Of a stretch of DNA of 64,000 bases, positions 26,512-36,156 are shown piece after piece (position 1 is the stretch's first letter; every line of letters begins with the position of its first letter). A program made the position numbers and the translations under genes. The notes under the pieces are model-generated. The model was not told the origin of the DNA, did not search any database, and was given only the letters and a program-made list of their open reading frames with translations. Source of the stretch: a virus. The stretch covers positions 32,001-96,000 of the IMG/VR virus record IMGVR_UViG_3300042337_000070; one strand, given 5' to 3'.

Positions 26512-28233
26512 TCATTCATCTTTTGTCAAGACAGAAAAGTTTTTTACCTTTTCAAACTTAAGGATTCTTTGAAAACGATCTAACATGGTATCCTTGTGAG
26601 AGATAACGAAGATATTGGTTCCTTTGTCTCCCATCTCCCACATAATTTTAATGAACTCGTCAATACCAGTTGTATCCATTGCTCTATCCAAGATTTCATC
26701 AAACACTAAGATGTTGACGTTTACCGAGTTTTTAAGTTTAGCAATCTGACGCCATGTTAGGAGAATCGCAAGGTCAATTCGCAGTTTCTCGCCTTCACTG
26801 AAATTGTGGTAACTAAACTCGTCTCTGTAACGTGACTTGATACTTTCCTCGAAAGATTCGTTGATATTGAAATTGACGAAGAAACCAAGTTTCGCCAGAT
26901 ACTTGTTAATGTGCTTGTTGATAATAGGAAGATACTGCTTGATGATCTTCGTTTTAATGCCACCGTCTTTAAGGAGTGTGCTGGCCAGGTCGATGTATTG
27001 ACGCTCATCTAAAAAGGTCTTCTTCTCTTCTTCGAGGGTGGAAAGATCATGTTCGACCTCGGAGAGTTGTCGTTCTGACTCTTGGATAGTTTTGTCTGAT
27101 GTTGCGAAGTTTTCAATCTGCTCCACAACTTGTGAAAGATTATGACGCAGATTGTTATAGGAAGACTTAGAAGACGAAACTTCCAACCGAAGTTTGTTGA
27201 TTTGGACGACGATTTTTTCAATGGCATCAATCTCTAATAAGACAGAATCAATTTGTTGTTCAACCTTATTTAGTCCTTCACTAAGTTCATGAATTTTAGC
27301 ATGACCATCATCAACCATGCTCTTAGCAAACTCTGGGTTGATTTCTTGACGACAGGTTGGACAATTACCACTTTCCGCAAAGAAGTCAATATCTTTAACA
27401 TGCTTGTCACGATTGGCTTCCATCTTAGCACGAAAACCTAGTAGTTTTGAATGCTTGGACTTTAGAGGTGACAAATCGATGTTCTGATCTAACACAGTTT
27501 CGAGAGCGGATTCATGTTGTAGAACGATGCTCTTTTGTGTGTTTAGTTGATCTAATAAAGATGCTTCCTTACTTTTCAATTCAGCCAACTTCTCTTCGCT
27601 ATTTGCTCTAAGAGAGGCAAGCGTTCTTTCAATGTAAGACTTATTGTCAACCTTACTAGAAAGTTGAACACGATTACGTTCCAAGTTCTCACGATTGACC
27701 TGTAGTTTGTTTTTTACAACAGTTGACATAGCAGTGAAGATTTGAATGTCCAACAAATCTTCAATCACAGATCGTCTATCGTTTGCAGATAGCTGCATGA
27801 ATGGAACAAACGATGCTGAACCAAGAATGACAACCTGCGTAAAAGATTTGTAGTTCATACGAAGAATGTTCTTCTCCAAATGCTCTTGATAATCTTTAGC
27901 CGCAGCATCTTGATTGATCATAACACCATCGATATAGATTTGAAAGACATTAGGCTTGACACCACGAATGACTTTATATCGATGGTTGTTAATGGTAAAC
28001 TCTATTTCGGTCACACAGTTCTTACCGTTAATTGAGTTAACTACGTTACCTTTGTTCACCTTACGAAATGGCTTACCAAAAAGCACAAAGCACAGGGCGT
28101 CAAGCACTGTTGACTTCCCTGCGCCGTTGTGACCCATAATCAACGTGTTCTTATGGGAGTCTAGTTCAATTTCAGTAAACACATTTCCAGATGATAGGAA
28201 GTTTTTATATCTTATCACATGGAATGTAATCAT
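26512..28233 (-). CDS. gp46: Recombination endonuclease ATPase subunit gp46 (Rad50/SbcC-like)
   Basis: GHNGAGKST, CPTC hook, FSEGEK signature, LVFDE, ISH. Confidence 0.97.
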   Translation of the reverse strand: MITFHVIRYKNFLSSGNVFTEIELDSHKNTLIMGHNGAGKSTVLDALCFVLFGKPFRKVNKGNVVNSINGKNCVTEIEFTINNHRYKVIRGVKPNVFQIYIDGVMINQDAAAKDYQEHLEKNILRMNYKSFTQVVILGSASFVPFMQLSANDRRSVIEDLLDIQIFTAMSTVVKNKLQVNRENLERNRVQLSSKVDNKSYIERTLASLRANSEEKLAELKSKEASLLDQLNTQKSIVLQHESALETVLDQNIDLSPLKSKHSKLLGFRAKMEANRDKHVKDIDFFAESGNCPTCRQEINPEFAKSMVDDGHAKIHELSEGLNKVEQQIDSVLLEIDAIEKIVVQINKLRLEVSSSKSSYNNLRHNLSQVVEQIENFATSDKTIQESERQLSEVEHDLSTLEEEKKTFLDERQYIDLASTLLKDGGIKTKIIKQYLPIINKHINKYLAKLGFFVNFNINESFEESIKSRYRDEFSYHNFSEGEKLRIDLAILLTWRQIAKLKNSVNVNILVFDEILDRAMDTTGIDEFIKIMWEMGDKGTNIFVISHKDTMLDRFQRILKFEKVKNFSVLTKDE

Positions 28234-28234
28234 A

Positions 28235-30022
28235 TCAATATTCTCTTGTTGGCTTCTTCCCTACTAATAGATCCTTGATTTCTTGACCTGTTAGAGTTTC
28301 ATATTCTAGCAGACCTTGTGCTAGTGTGTCAAGGTCTTTTCTCTTTTCGGTTAGAATCTTCTTTGCCATGGTATATCCTTCCTCGACGAGGCGCTTGATT
28401 TCCATATCGACAATCTTTTGTGTCTCTTCGGCAATCTTAGCAGAATGAAATACATCAGCATTTGGTTCTGTATAAGCCATACGTCCTAGAAGTGGTGAGA
28501 AACCTAGCTGAGTAACCATTGCTCTTGCGAGTTTAGTTGCTTGCTGAATATCTCCTGCGGCGCCAGATGTAACTCTATGTTCACCAAAAATGATTTCTTC
28601 TGCTACACGTCCACCCATAGCCATAGCAAGTTGAGCAATCATTTCTTCGTAAGACTGTGAGATTTGGTCACGATCTGGAATTGATTGAACCATACCCAAT
28701 GCTCGTCCACGTGGTATGATAGTTGCCTTATGAATTGGGATCGAGCCAGTCATGTTGATAGAAACGAGAGCATGACCACCTTCATGATATGCTGTCATCT
28801 TCTTTTCATCATCAGTCATAAGAAGCGTTCTGTGTTCGGCGCCCATCATGATCTTATCACGGGCATCTTCAAATTCTTGAAGTGTAACAATCCGCTTTGA
28901 ACGGCGAGCGGCAAGCAATGCTGCCTCATTAACAAGATTTGCTAGATCGGCGCCAGAAAAGCCAGGTGTTCCCTTTGCGACAGTTCTAATATCAACATCA
29001 GGTCCAATTGGAACTTTGCGTGTGTGAACTTTTAGAATCTTCTCACGACCAACAAAGTCTGGATTAGGAACTTGAACCTGTCTATCGAAACGACCTGGAC
29101 GAGTTAGGGCTTTATCTAGAACATCTACACGATTGGTAGCAGCAATGACGATAACACCTTCGTTATCATTGAATCCGTCCATTTCTACTAGCATTGCGTT
29201 TAGAGTTTGATCACGTTCGTCATTACCACCCATACCTGTAGCTCTTGATCGACCAACGGCGTCAATCTCATCAATGAAGACAATGCAAGGTGCATTCTTC
29301 TTTGCTTGATCAAACATATCTCTAACTCTAGATGCACCAACACCAACAAACATTTCTACGAAGTCTGATCCAGAAATACTAAAGAAAGGAACACCTGCTT
29401 CACCAGCAACTGCCCTAGCTAGAAGAGTTTTACCTGTGCCAGGAGGACCAACGAGCAATACACCCTTTGGAATTTTACCACCAAGACGTTCAAACTTTTG
29501 TGGATTTTGTAAAAACTCTACAACTTCCTGCAAGTCTTCTTTTGCTTGATCAACACCAGCAACATCTTCAAATGTCTTTAGTGTAGAAGACTCAGTAAGC
29601 AGTTTTGCTTTTGACTTACCCATACCCATCATTCCACCAGGACCACCGGCCGAACGGCGAGATAGCCACACCCATAGACCAAAGAATAGAAATACTGGTA
29701 GAAGATTAATAAGTAGATTTGTCCAGAATGATGCTTCTGTGTTATCAGCCTTAACAGTAATATTAACCTTGTGTTCTTCTAACTTAGGTAGAAGAGAAGA
29801 AAGGCCAGCAACGGTAGTTCTAAACTCTCTGTTGTCTGCGTTAAAGTGTCCTGTTAGCTGATTTCCTGCTACATAAACATCATGAACGTTGTTGCGTTCA
29901 ACCTGACCGAGAAAGTCGGAATAACTAATTTCATTTGTTAGTTTGTGTTCGCCTGGCATAGCCATCCAATACAGGGCTACGGCCACAGCGAAAAAGATTA
30001 TAATAGGTAACGTTTTCTTCAT
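28235..30022 (-). CDS. ftsH: ATP-dependent zinc metalloprotease FtsH
   Basis: Two TM helices, [11 protein letters not shown] pore loop, IDEID, RPGRFDR, HEGGH, AEE, GAAGD. Confidence 0.97.
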   Translation of the reverse strand: MKKTLPIIIFFAVAVALYWMAMPGEHKLTNEISYSDFLGQVERNNVHDVYVAGNQLTGHFNADNREFRTTVAGLSSLLPKLEEHKVNITVKADNTEASFWTNLLINLLPVFLFFGLWVWLSRRSAGGPGGMMGMGKSKAKLLTESSTLKTFEDVAGVDQAKEDLQEVVEFLQNPQKFERLGGKIPKGVLLVGPPGTGKTLLARAVAGEAGVPFFSISGSDFVEMFVGVGASRVRDMFDQAKKNAPCIVFIDEIDAVGRSRATGMGGNDERDQTLNAMLVEMDGFNDNEGVIVIAATNRVDVLDKALTRPGRFDRQVQVPNPDFVGREKILKVHTRKVPIGPDVDIRTVAKGTPGFSGADLANLVNEAALLAARRSKRIVTLQEFEDARDKIMMGAEHRTLLMTDDEKKMTAYHEGGHALVSINMTGSIPIHKATIIPRGRALGMVQSIPDRDQISQSYEEMIAQLAMAMGGRVAEEIIFGEHRVTSGAAGDIQQATKLARAMVTQLGFSPLLGRMAYTEPNADVFHSAKIAEETQKIVDMEIKRLVEEGYTMAKKILTEKRKDLDTLAQGLLEYETLTGQEIKDLLVGKKPTREY

Positions 30023-30033
30023 AATACAGATCC

Positions 30034-31110
30034 TTATACTGTTTCAACTTGAAGGGCTTCATTATACACATCGATCATGAATTTTTTCATCTTAGCATTT
30101 TCTAATGGCAATGTCAACCCATCAATATACTTTTTAAGAATGGTAACGGTATCTTCCGCTTCATCAATTTCCGAATCTTCCTCATTGTCTATCATGATGG
30201 TCGGATCTTCGACTATCTGAATATCTAAAGGTCCTGTTTTGTAAATTGAATCGAAAAGAAGATCGAAAGCATAAGGGTTGCTTTTGTTTATGACAACAAT
30301 TTTTACATAGCAATTTTTATACTTACTGAAATCCGTTTGTTGAATCTTCTCTACAATGTTAGGGTTAGCAACATCATCATACTTTGCTATCTTAAACATT
30401 TTAGATGGATTCTGAATAAACTCTAGTCTTCTATTTTCAGTATCCAGGACACTAAACCCTCTAGGGTCTCCATAATCGTGCCAAGTATATTCACCAAGGG
30501 CGCCAATATAAGTGATATTACCAATTGTAGAACGATGGTGATAGTGGCCAGAATAAACAGCCTCAAAATTTTCAAAAAGTTTACGATCAAGTCCATGGTC
30601 TGATATCAATCCTCTATGCATTGTAAAACCGTTCAATTCAAGATGTCCCATGCAAATAGGTGCTTTAGGATTCTTGATTGCTTCATAGGCTTCCTGACGA
30701 TTAGAGTCAGTGATCCAAGGCATTAGTTGGATATCAAGCCCATCAATATTGATAAGAGTAGGTGTGCTATAAGTTCTAATGTGCTTATAACGCCCCACGA
30801 TAATCTCGTCTAGGGCGTTGACCTCGTGGGTGTCTTTATAATAAGAATCATGATTTCCTTGAATGATGTGAGTTTCAACACCTCGTCTCTCCAATGGTTC
30901 AAGGAAATCTTCCCGAAGTCGTTTGGCAGACATGAAGTTGATATACTTGCGGCGGTCATAGATATCACCAAGATGAATAACATTCTTGATATTGTTAGCA
31001 TCAATGTAATCAATGAACCATTGCCAACACTTCTTTTGATACTGCTGAAATGCAGGATTGTCATTCCTAACACCAGCATGTGTATCTGTAGGCATTGCGA
31101 TCAGCGCCAT
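30034..31110 (-). CDS. gp47: Recombination endonuclease nuclease subunit gp47 (Mre11/SbcD-like)
   Basis: TDTH, HLGD, GNHD, GHLE, SGHYH. Confidence 0.96.
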   Translation of the reverse strand: MALIAMPTDTHAGVRNDNPAFQQYQKKCWQWFIDYIDANNIKNVIHLGDIYDRRKYINFMSAKRLREDFLEPLERRGVETHIIQGNHDSYYKDTHEVNALDEIIVGRYKHIRTYSTPTLINIDGLDIQLMPWITDSNRQEAYEAIKNPKAPICMGHLELNGFTMHRGLISDHGLDRKLFENFEAVYSGHYHHRSTIGNITYIGALGEYTWHDYGDPRGFSVLDTENRRLEFIQNPSKMFKIAKYDDVANPNIVEKIQQTDFSKYKNCYVKIVVINKSNPYAFDLLFDSIYKTGPLDIQIVEDPTIMIDNEEDSEIDEAEDTVTILKKYIDGLTLPLENAKMKKFMIDVYNEALQVETV

Positions 31111-31148
31111 AACTTTTCCTTCATATCCATGTAAAGATTCATACTCAC

Positions 31149-31177
31149 AGTATATACTAGAAAAATGATCTCGTCAA
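31149..31177 (-). promoter_or_regulatory. Promoter upstream of gp47
   Basis: TTGACG-17bp-TATACT. Confidence 0.6.
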
Positions 31178-31356
31178 TCTTTTTTGGTAGCCACTTTATA
31201 GGTTTCAAGTTCTGACTCTCTAAGCCATCCGAGACTAATCATCCTTCTCATGATCTTCTCTTTATCATTAGGATTAATAGGAACTGGCTCTACAACTTTA
31301 TCACAGAACCATTCTATATTTCTATCTACCTCAGCTACGAAATCATCAATGTCCAT
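31174..31356 (-). CDS. Hypothetical protein
   Basis: TAATG coupling with the upstream gene. Confidence 0.65.
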   Translation of the reverse strand: MDIDDFVAEVDRNIEWFCDKVVEPVPINPNDKEKIMRRMISLGWLRESELETYKVATKKD

Positions 31357-31568
31357 TATCGTTTACCTTTTGGAAAGTGTAACCTTGGTGGAGCATCACC
31401 CATTTCTCTATCATAGTCGATAAGTGCTTCATCAATAACTTGCTTGATACTTGCTAGCCTCCTACGATAGTTACCACGAATATGAACTCTTTCTTGCTTG
31501 TTCTTCAATGTTTCAATCAATGTTTGAACCTGAAATGGTACCTCAAATTGATTCTGTTCCTTGCTCAT
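31356..31568 (-). CDS. Hypothetical protein
   Basis: Start MSKEQN overlaps the end of gp55. Confidence 0.6.
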   Translation of the reverse strand: MSKEQNQFEVPFQVQTLIETLKNKQERVHIRGNYRRRLASIKQVIDEALIDYDREMGDAPPRLHFPKGKR

Positions 31569-32118
31569 CTTCATTCTCCACGAATTTTTCAAGTCCTTCT
31601 TTCGCCTGCTTACGCTTCTCTTTTTTAAGACGTTCTTTGTTCTCAAAGTTCTTAATGAACTCATTCAAGTTATCATACATAGTAGACGTAATCATATGAT
31701 TGTCGTCACCATCTACCATAAGAGAAGCATCAGCGGTATCTAGAACAGACTCTTGAAACTTTTTATACATTATATAGCGATTCTTTTCTTCCTTAGCAAT
31801 ACGTCTATGGAAAGCAAAGTTTGTGATTTGAGTGAAGTATGCAAAGGGATTCTGACTGATGGCAGGGTTGAAATTATCAAAGTAAAGAAAACAGTTTTCT
31901 AGTGCATCCGACTTCATTTCGTCGATGAAAGAATAATTCATGAAGCGAGGCTTACGAGCGAGGTTCTCGGTGATAAGCCAAATACACTTACCACAATACT
32001 CGGAAACTCTAGGTTTCTCTCGTCCTTCAGAAGAAGCAATTTCAACTTTCTTTTTATATTCAACAATATCTTCTAAGAACTTCTTATTATCAACGTAGTG
32101 GTTTGCTTTCTTCGCCAT
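31543..32118 (-). CDS. gp55: Late transcription sigma factor gp55
   Basis: HYVDNKKFL, PRFMNYSFIDEM, NPFAYFTQI, RRIAKE. Confidence 0.95.
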   Translation of the reverse strand: MAKKANHYVDNKKFLEDIVEYKKKVEIASSEGREKPRVSEYCGKCIWLITENLARKPRFMNYSFIDEMKSDALENCFLYFDNFNPAISQNPFAYFTQITNFAFHRRIAKEEKNRYIMYKKFQESVLDTADASLMVDGDDNHMITSTMYDNLNEFIKNFENKERLKKEKRKQAKEGLEKFVENEDEQGTESI

Positions 32119-32145
32119 ACTGTAAGCCTTTTGTTAGTTTCAAGG

Positions 32146-32174
32146 AGTATATCATAATAAAAAAGTTTTGTCAA
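32146..32174 (-). promoter_or_regulatory. Promoter for gp55
   Basis: TTGACA-17bp-TATACT. Confidence 0.7.
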
Positions 32175-32189
32175 TCGGGTGGATTTTAC

Positions 32190-32218
32190 TTGACAAGATT
32201 TTTTGATGTTTGTATAAT
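32190..32218 (+). promoter_or_regulatory. Consensus sigma70 promoter on the plus strand with no convincing ORF
   Basis: TTGACA-17bp-TATAAT, back-to-back with the gp55 promoter. Confidence 0.75.
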
Positions 32219-32297
32219 GCCTATTGCAGCCAACCACCTAGATAAACGAGCCAAGAAAATGCAACCGTCGAGCGAAGCGAGACAGTTGCGAAGCAAC

Positions 32298-32597
32298 TCA
32301 CTTAGCAGTAAACCCTGGATCGGTAAGCATCGTTAGTTTGTCTATCTGCTTCTTAAGCACAGGACCACGATCCGGCCATTTGATAATGGGCTGATCGGCA
32401 TTCTTTGCTAGGTTCTGCAATAGAGGAAGATAAATCTTACGAATGGCTTGTAGTCTATTCTTAAGATCGCTAATCTCATCAGATACCGGTGATAAAGCTT
32501 CTGCTACAATATCATCCTCATTTCCAAATGAAAACCCAAAGTCGTCTGTTAGGTCCTTATCTTCAAATGTAAGATACGGATTTGTTTCAGTTGCCAT
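32298..32597 (-). CDS. Conserved hypothetical T4-like phage protein
   Basis: DDFGFSF, LPLLQNL, IIKWPDR motifs. Confidence 0.75.
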   Translation of the reverse strand: MATETNPYLTFEDKDLTDDFGFSFGNEDDIVAEALSPVSDEISDLKNRLQAIRKIYLPLLQNLAKNADQPIIKWPDRGPVLKKQIDKLTMLTDPGFTAK

Positions 32598-32989
32598 TAG
32601 TGCAGAGTCCTTTTTCCTGGTGGTTCATAATCATCCTCTATCTCTTCATTCTGAATTTCTTCTTCAACATGAGGTTTATTAAGAGTGAGTTCAACATTAT
32701 TCCAATAGTATATATTCATCTTCTCAGCAACGTCTGTATAGATAAGAATATCTTCGTCATGAAGGATGAAAACTTGTTCATCTACAATCTTAGAAAACAC
32801 CCAAGGTATGAAAGCCACGGATAACGATCCTTCGTTATCAACAGGCATGTAAACAACCTTAAGAGGATGGAAGAGAGTGTATATTGTACCGTCCCCATCT
32901 TCTGTTTCACTCACATCGGCGATGATATCATCACCATTTTGTAATCTTATAAACTTTACTAATGGTTTATCTTCATGAGTCATAATCAA
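32597..32989 (-). CDS. Hypothetical protein (Sm-like fold), conserved downstream of uvsW
   Basis: KFIRLQNGDDIIA...P...FIPW; C-terminal KRTLH. Confidence 0.75.
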   Translation of the reverse strand: MIMTHEDKPLVKFIRLQNGDDIIADVSETEDGDGTIYTLFHPLKVVYMPVDNEGSLSVAFIPWVFSKIVDEQVFILHDEDILIYTDVAEKMNIYYWNNVELTLNKPHVEEEIQNEEIEDDYEPPGKRTLH

Positions 32990-34455
32990 TCTTTCATGCT
33001 TACTTTGTAGACCTTGAACTTGAATTTTTCTTCATTATAGGTTTTGACTCGTTCAAAGAAGTGTTTTAGTGTGAAGTTTTCTCTTGCTTTCCAGCTAAAG
33101 TCGTCGGCAATGTCATAGAGCGTGGCGGATTTCTTAGTGTCCGATACTCTAAGTCCACGCCCGATGGATTGTAAGTTCCTAATCTTACTCTTGCTTGGTG
33201 ATGCAAAGATAACATTATTAAGGTTGACAATGTTAGTCCCAGTAGAAAGGACACCCACGCTACCAACAATGATTGCATTCCTTTCCACCTCCATAATGCG
33301 TCTAATCTCTTCTCTTTCATCAACATCAGTTCCTCCATGAATAAAGAATATCTTTCTATCTTTAGCCTTCTTATTTAGCATGTCGTATAGAACCTGGCCA
33401 TGAGACTCAACAAAGTTAAAGAGTAGTAGAGTGTTGCCTTCTAGAGACAATGCTAAGTTTACAACAAACTTATTTCTTTTAGGGTTTGATATGATATACT
33501 TAATCTCATCTTGATATGATGCATTTTTCATATACTGACATTCTTCATCAGAGTATTTGAGCAATAAACACTTGATCGTTAGTTCTGCCAATTGCTTCTT
33601 TTTCATTAGTTCGGCCGATGATGTTGCCTTATAGATAGCACCAAACAATCCAATAAGTTGCCATTCGTGGGCCTTAGCACCTGTCAAAGTTCCGGTTACA
33701 CCTAGTCTATATGTGGCTTTGGTGCATTTAGAAACAATGTCGGTGAGTGCCTTTGCTTGTGCTTGGTGCACCTCGTCAACTACAATGTAATCAAATTTCT
33801 CAAAATACTCTTTAGGCATCTTATAGAGTGACTGCCATGTAGAAATGCAAATTGGCTTGTCAGTTTCTTTGTCACGACCAGAATAGACACGATGACAGTA
33901 TTTCTCCATATCTTTACCATTCTTAACTGAATAGTCTTCGAAGTCGCTATACATTTGTTCTACGAGGGCAGAACGAGGAACAATTAATAGTCCTCTCTTA
34001 CCTTGTCTTAGAAGAAAGTTGCATACCATATAAAGCAATAGAGACTTACCAGAACCAGTAGGGGATAGGACAATCCTGCGCTTAGAGCGTATAGCATGAA
34101 TAAAAGCGTCAAGTTGATAATCCCTAGGTGGATGTTTGGGGTTAAGTTTTTCCACAAACTCTTTAGCTTCCTCAACGGAGAAAGAAGAATCGAAATCTTC
34201 ATCAACATATTCGTATGTATATCCTCTATCTGTAGCCCACTTAATAACCTGTGACACCAAACCACGATATATCATTCTTGATGCAGGGTTGAACAACCTC
34301 AAATAACCGTCCCAGAGCTTTTGCTTGTAAGAAGGAACAAACATAAACCCTGGAGGACGGAACGAAAAAGCATCTCTCAATTCCCATGCAACGGATTCGT
34401 CACAGTGAACTTTGATATATGTTTCGTCGTGATTGAGAATTGTCAAATGAGTCAT
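32986..34455 (-). CDS. uvsW: UvsW helicase
   Basis: PRDYQ, SPTGSGKS, DEVH, TGT, QSIGRGLR. Confidence 0.96.
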   Translation of the reverse strand: MTHLTILNHDETYIKVHCDESVAWELRDAFSFRPPGFMFVPSYKQKLWDGYLRLFNPASRMIYRGLVSQVIKWATDRGYTYEYVDEDFDSSFSVEEAKEFVEKLNPKHPPRDYQLDAFIHAIRSKRRIVLSPTGSGKSLLLYMVCNFLLRQGKRGLLIVPRSALVEQMYSDFEDYSVKNGKDMEKYCHRVYSGRDKETDKPICISTWQSLYKMPKEYFEKFDYIVVDEVHQAQAKALTDIVSKCTKATYRLGVTGTLTGAKAHEWQLIGLFGAIYKATSSAELMKKKQLAELTIKCLLLKYSDEECQYMKNASYQDEIKYIISNPKRNKFVVNLALSLEGNTLLLFNFVESHGQVLYDMLNKKAKDRKIFFIHGGTDVDEREEIRRIMEVERNAIIVGSVGVLSTGTNIVNLNNVIFASPSKSKIRNLQSIGRGLRVSDTKKSATLYDIADDFSWKARENFTLKHFFERVKTYNEEKFKFKVYKVSMKD

Positions 34456-34907
34456 TATTTACCTGATGAAAGTTGAAGATATTTCACATAGTTTCCTAAG
34501 TCCCAGGTTCTATTGTGAAGTGATTTGAGGACAGTTTCACAGTAAGAGACAATCTCTTCATGAGCAACCTTCTTTAACAACAGTTTATTTAGTTCGGCGT
34601 CTGTATCAAGTTTGCGAGCAATTTGTGGATTTGAAAGAACATGTTGACATGGTTCCCATCCACGTTCTTCTAATTCTTCTTTGGTTAGATGTCCCTGATA
34701 GTAATCTTCACGAAGACCTTTAAGCATTTTGTAATCAGATTCCATCTTACGGATAAGATGTCTATGATAGGACATTATGTTTAGATATTTGGAATGTAAA
34801 GAAGCAATTTTAAGCAACTCTTTTTCCATAGAGGTGGGATCGATATATGTATCTTCCGACCACTCTTTCATCAAAATTTCGATAGATTTTACCGGTGCTT
34901 TCAACAT
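34455..34907 (-). CDS. uvsY: UvsY recombination mediator
   Basis: W..D..ID, LHSKYL, YYQG, RTWDLGN; upstream TTGAAA-17bp-TATAAT at 34933-34961. Confidence 0.9.
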   Translation of the reverse strand: MLKAPVKSIEILMKEWSEDTYIDPTSMEKELLKIASLHSKYLNIMSYHRHLIRKMESDYKMLKGLREDYYQGHLTKEELEERGWEPCQHVLSNPQIARKLDTDAELNKLLLKKVAHEEIVSYCETVLKSLHNRTWDLGNYVKYLQLSSGK

Positions 34908-34938
34908 GATTCATTCCTTCCATAACAAAACTATTATA

Positions 34939-35466
34939 TCACATAAGGCGTTCGATTTCAAACCTATCGTATCGGAATGTAATGTCGCATGTAGGAATAG
35001 TATCAGCATCTACTTTAGTGTCGAAATTGATACCACTTAGATTTGTGGGATGACAATTGAGGAACTTGATACGCATGTTAGGATTATTAGCATTTGTATT
35101 GATAGTTAGGTAACCGTCAAAGTAAAGGTTTGTGGCAGGCTTAATGATTGTCTTACGAAGATATTCTTCATATTCTTTAGGACGAGTGAGACCTTGCAAC
35201 CACTTATATGTTTCTTCCCAAATTCGTAGGTCTTCATCAACTAATGCCGTGAGTGTTAGTGCTTCATATGCAAGTTTATCACCATGACGATATGTGGCAG
35301 AGAAAGGAGTAGGCACAGCAACCTCGGATGTTGATACACCAGGTAACACAACTGTCTGACAAAAATACTTCAAGAATGGCATGTCAGGAATAATGAACGT
35401 ATATTTTGTAGTCTGTAATAGACTAGTATTCTCGGGTGTGTTTGCTGTATAAGGTTCTATGGCCAT
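34939..35466 (-). CDS. gp3: Tail completion / tube terminator gp3
   Basis: YFCQTVVLPG, GDKLAYE, VDEDL, PTNLSGINF, FRY. Confidence 0.88.
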   Translation of the reverse strand: MAIEPYTANTPENTSLLQTTKYTFIIPDMPFLKYFCQTVVLPGVSTSEVAVPTPFSATYRHGDKLAYEALTLTALVDEDLRIWEETYKWLQGLTRPKEYEEYLRKTIIKPATNLYFDGYLTINTNANNPNMRIKFLNCHPTNLSGINFDTKVDADTIPTCDITFRYDRFEIERLM

Positions 35467-35550
35467 GTTAGTCCTCCGTAGAGGTATTTAGTTATTGTCA
35501 AAGTCCTTGTTTTACTATATACTATGTTAGATTGCGAACGAGGAGGAACT

Positions 35551-36114
35551 ATGGGTATCATCTACTGCTATACAAACAAGAATACAGGCAAAAAGTATAT
35601 TGGTCAAACAATTCATCCTGAGCAAAGAAAAGCTAATCATTTACATGAGGCAACCGTAAAGGGATCAGATTACTACTTTCATCGCTCTATTAGAAAGCAC
35701 GGATGGGATAACTTTGATTATGAGGTGTTGGAAGATAACGTTGAACAAAAGGACCTAAACGACCGAGAGAACCATTATATTGATATGTATGATACGTTAT
35801 GGCCTAACGGATACAACCAGTGTCCTGCTAACTCATTAGACGAGACTGCTATTGAGAAAATGAGAAAAACTAAGAAGGCACGTTTTGCTGCTATGACTCC
35901 TGAGGAACGTAGAGCATCGGTTGAAAAGATGGTTCAAGCAAACACGGGAAAAAAGGATAGCGAAGAAACACGTAGGAAGAAAAGCGAATCTGTGAAAAAA
36001 TACCTTGCGAAGAATCCTAGAGTTATCTCCGAAGAAACCAAGAGAAAGACAAGCGAATCTATGAAGCGAGCTAGGCAAGAAAAGTTTTGGACAACGAAAA
36101 AGGGCGGGGAATAA
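35551..36114 (+). mobile_element. Free-standing GIY-YIG homing endonuclease with NUMOD3 repeats (Seg-like)
   Basis: GIIYCYTN...KKYIGQT, SIRKHG, GYN, and SEETRRKKSES/SEETKRKTSES; SD AGGAGG; opposite strand to neighbours. Confidence 0.9.
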
Positions 36115-36125
36115 CCCCGCCCTTA
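36098..36125. terminator. Terminator after gp23, shared with the end of the endonuclease gene
   Basis: AAGGGCGGGG-AATAA-CCCCGCCCTT; T-run on the minus strand. Confidence 0.8.
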
Positions 36126-36156
36126 GTTGGGTTAGTTGTTCTAACCTTCTGATATA

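Noticed and set aside
32103-32336. 77-aa plus-strand ORF as the product of the divergent promoter
   Set aside because: It begins upstream of the promoter; the internal ATG at 32217 overlaps the -10 box and the later ATG lacks an SD
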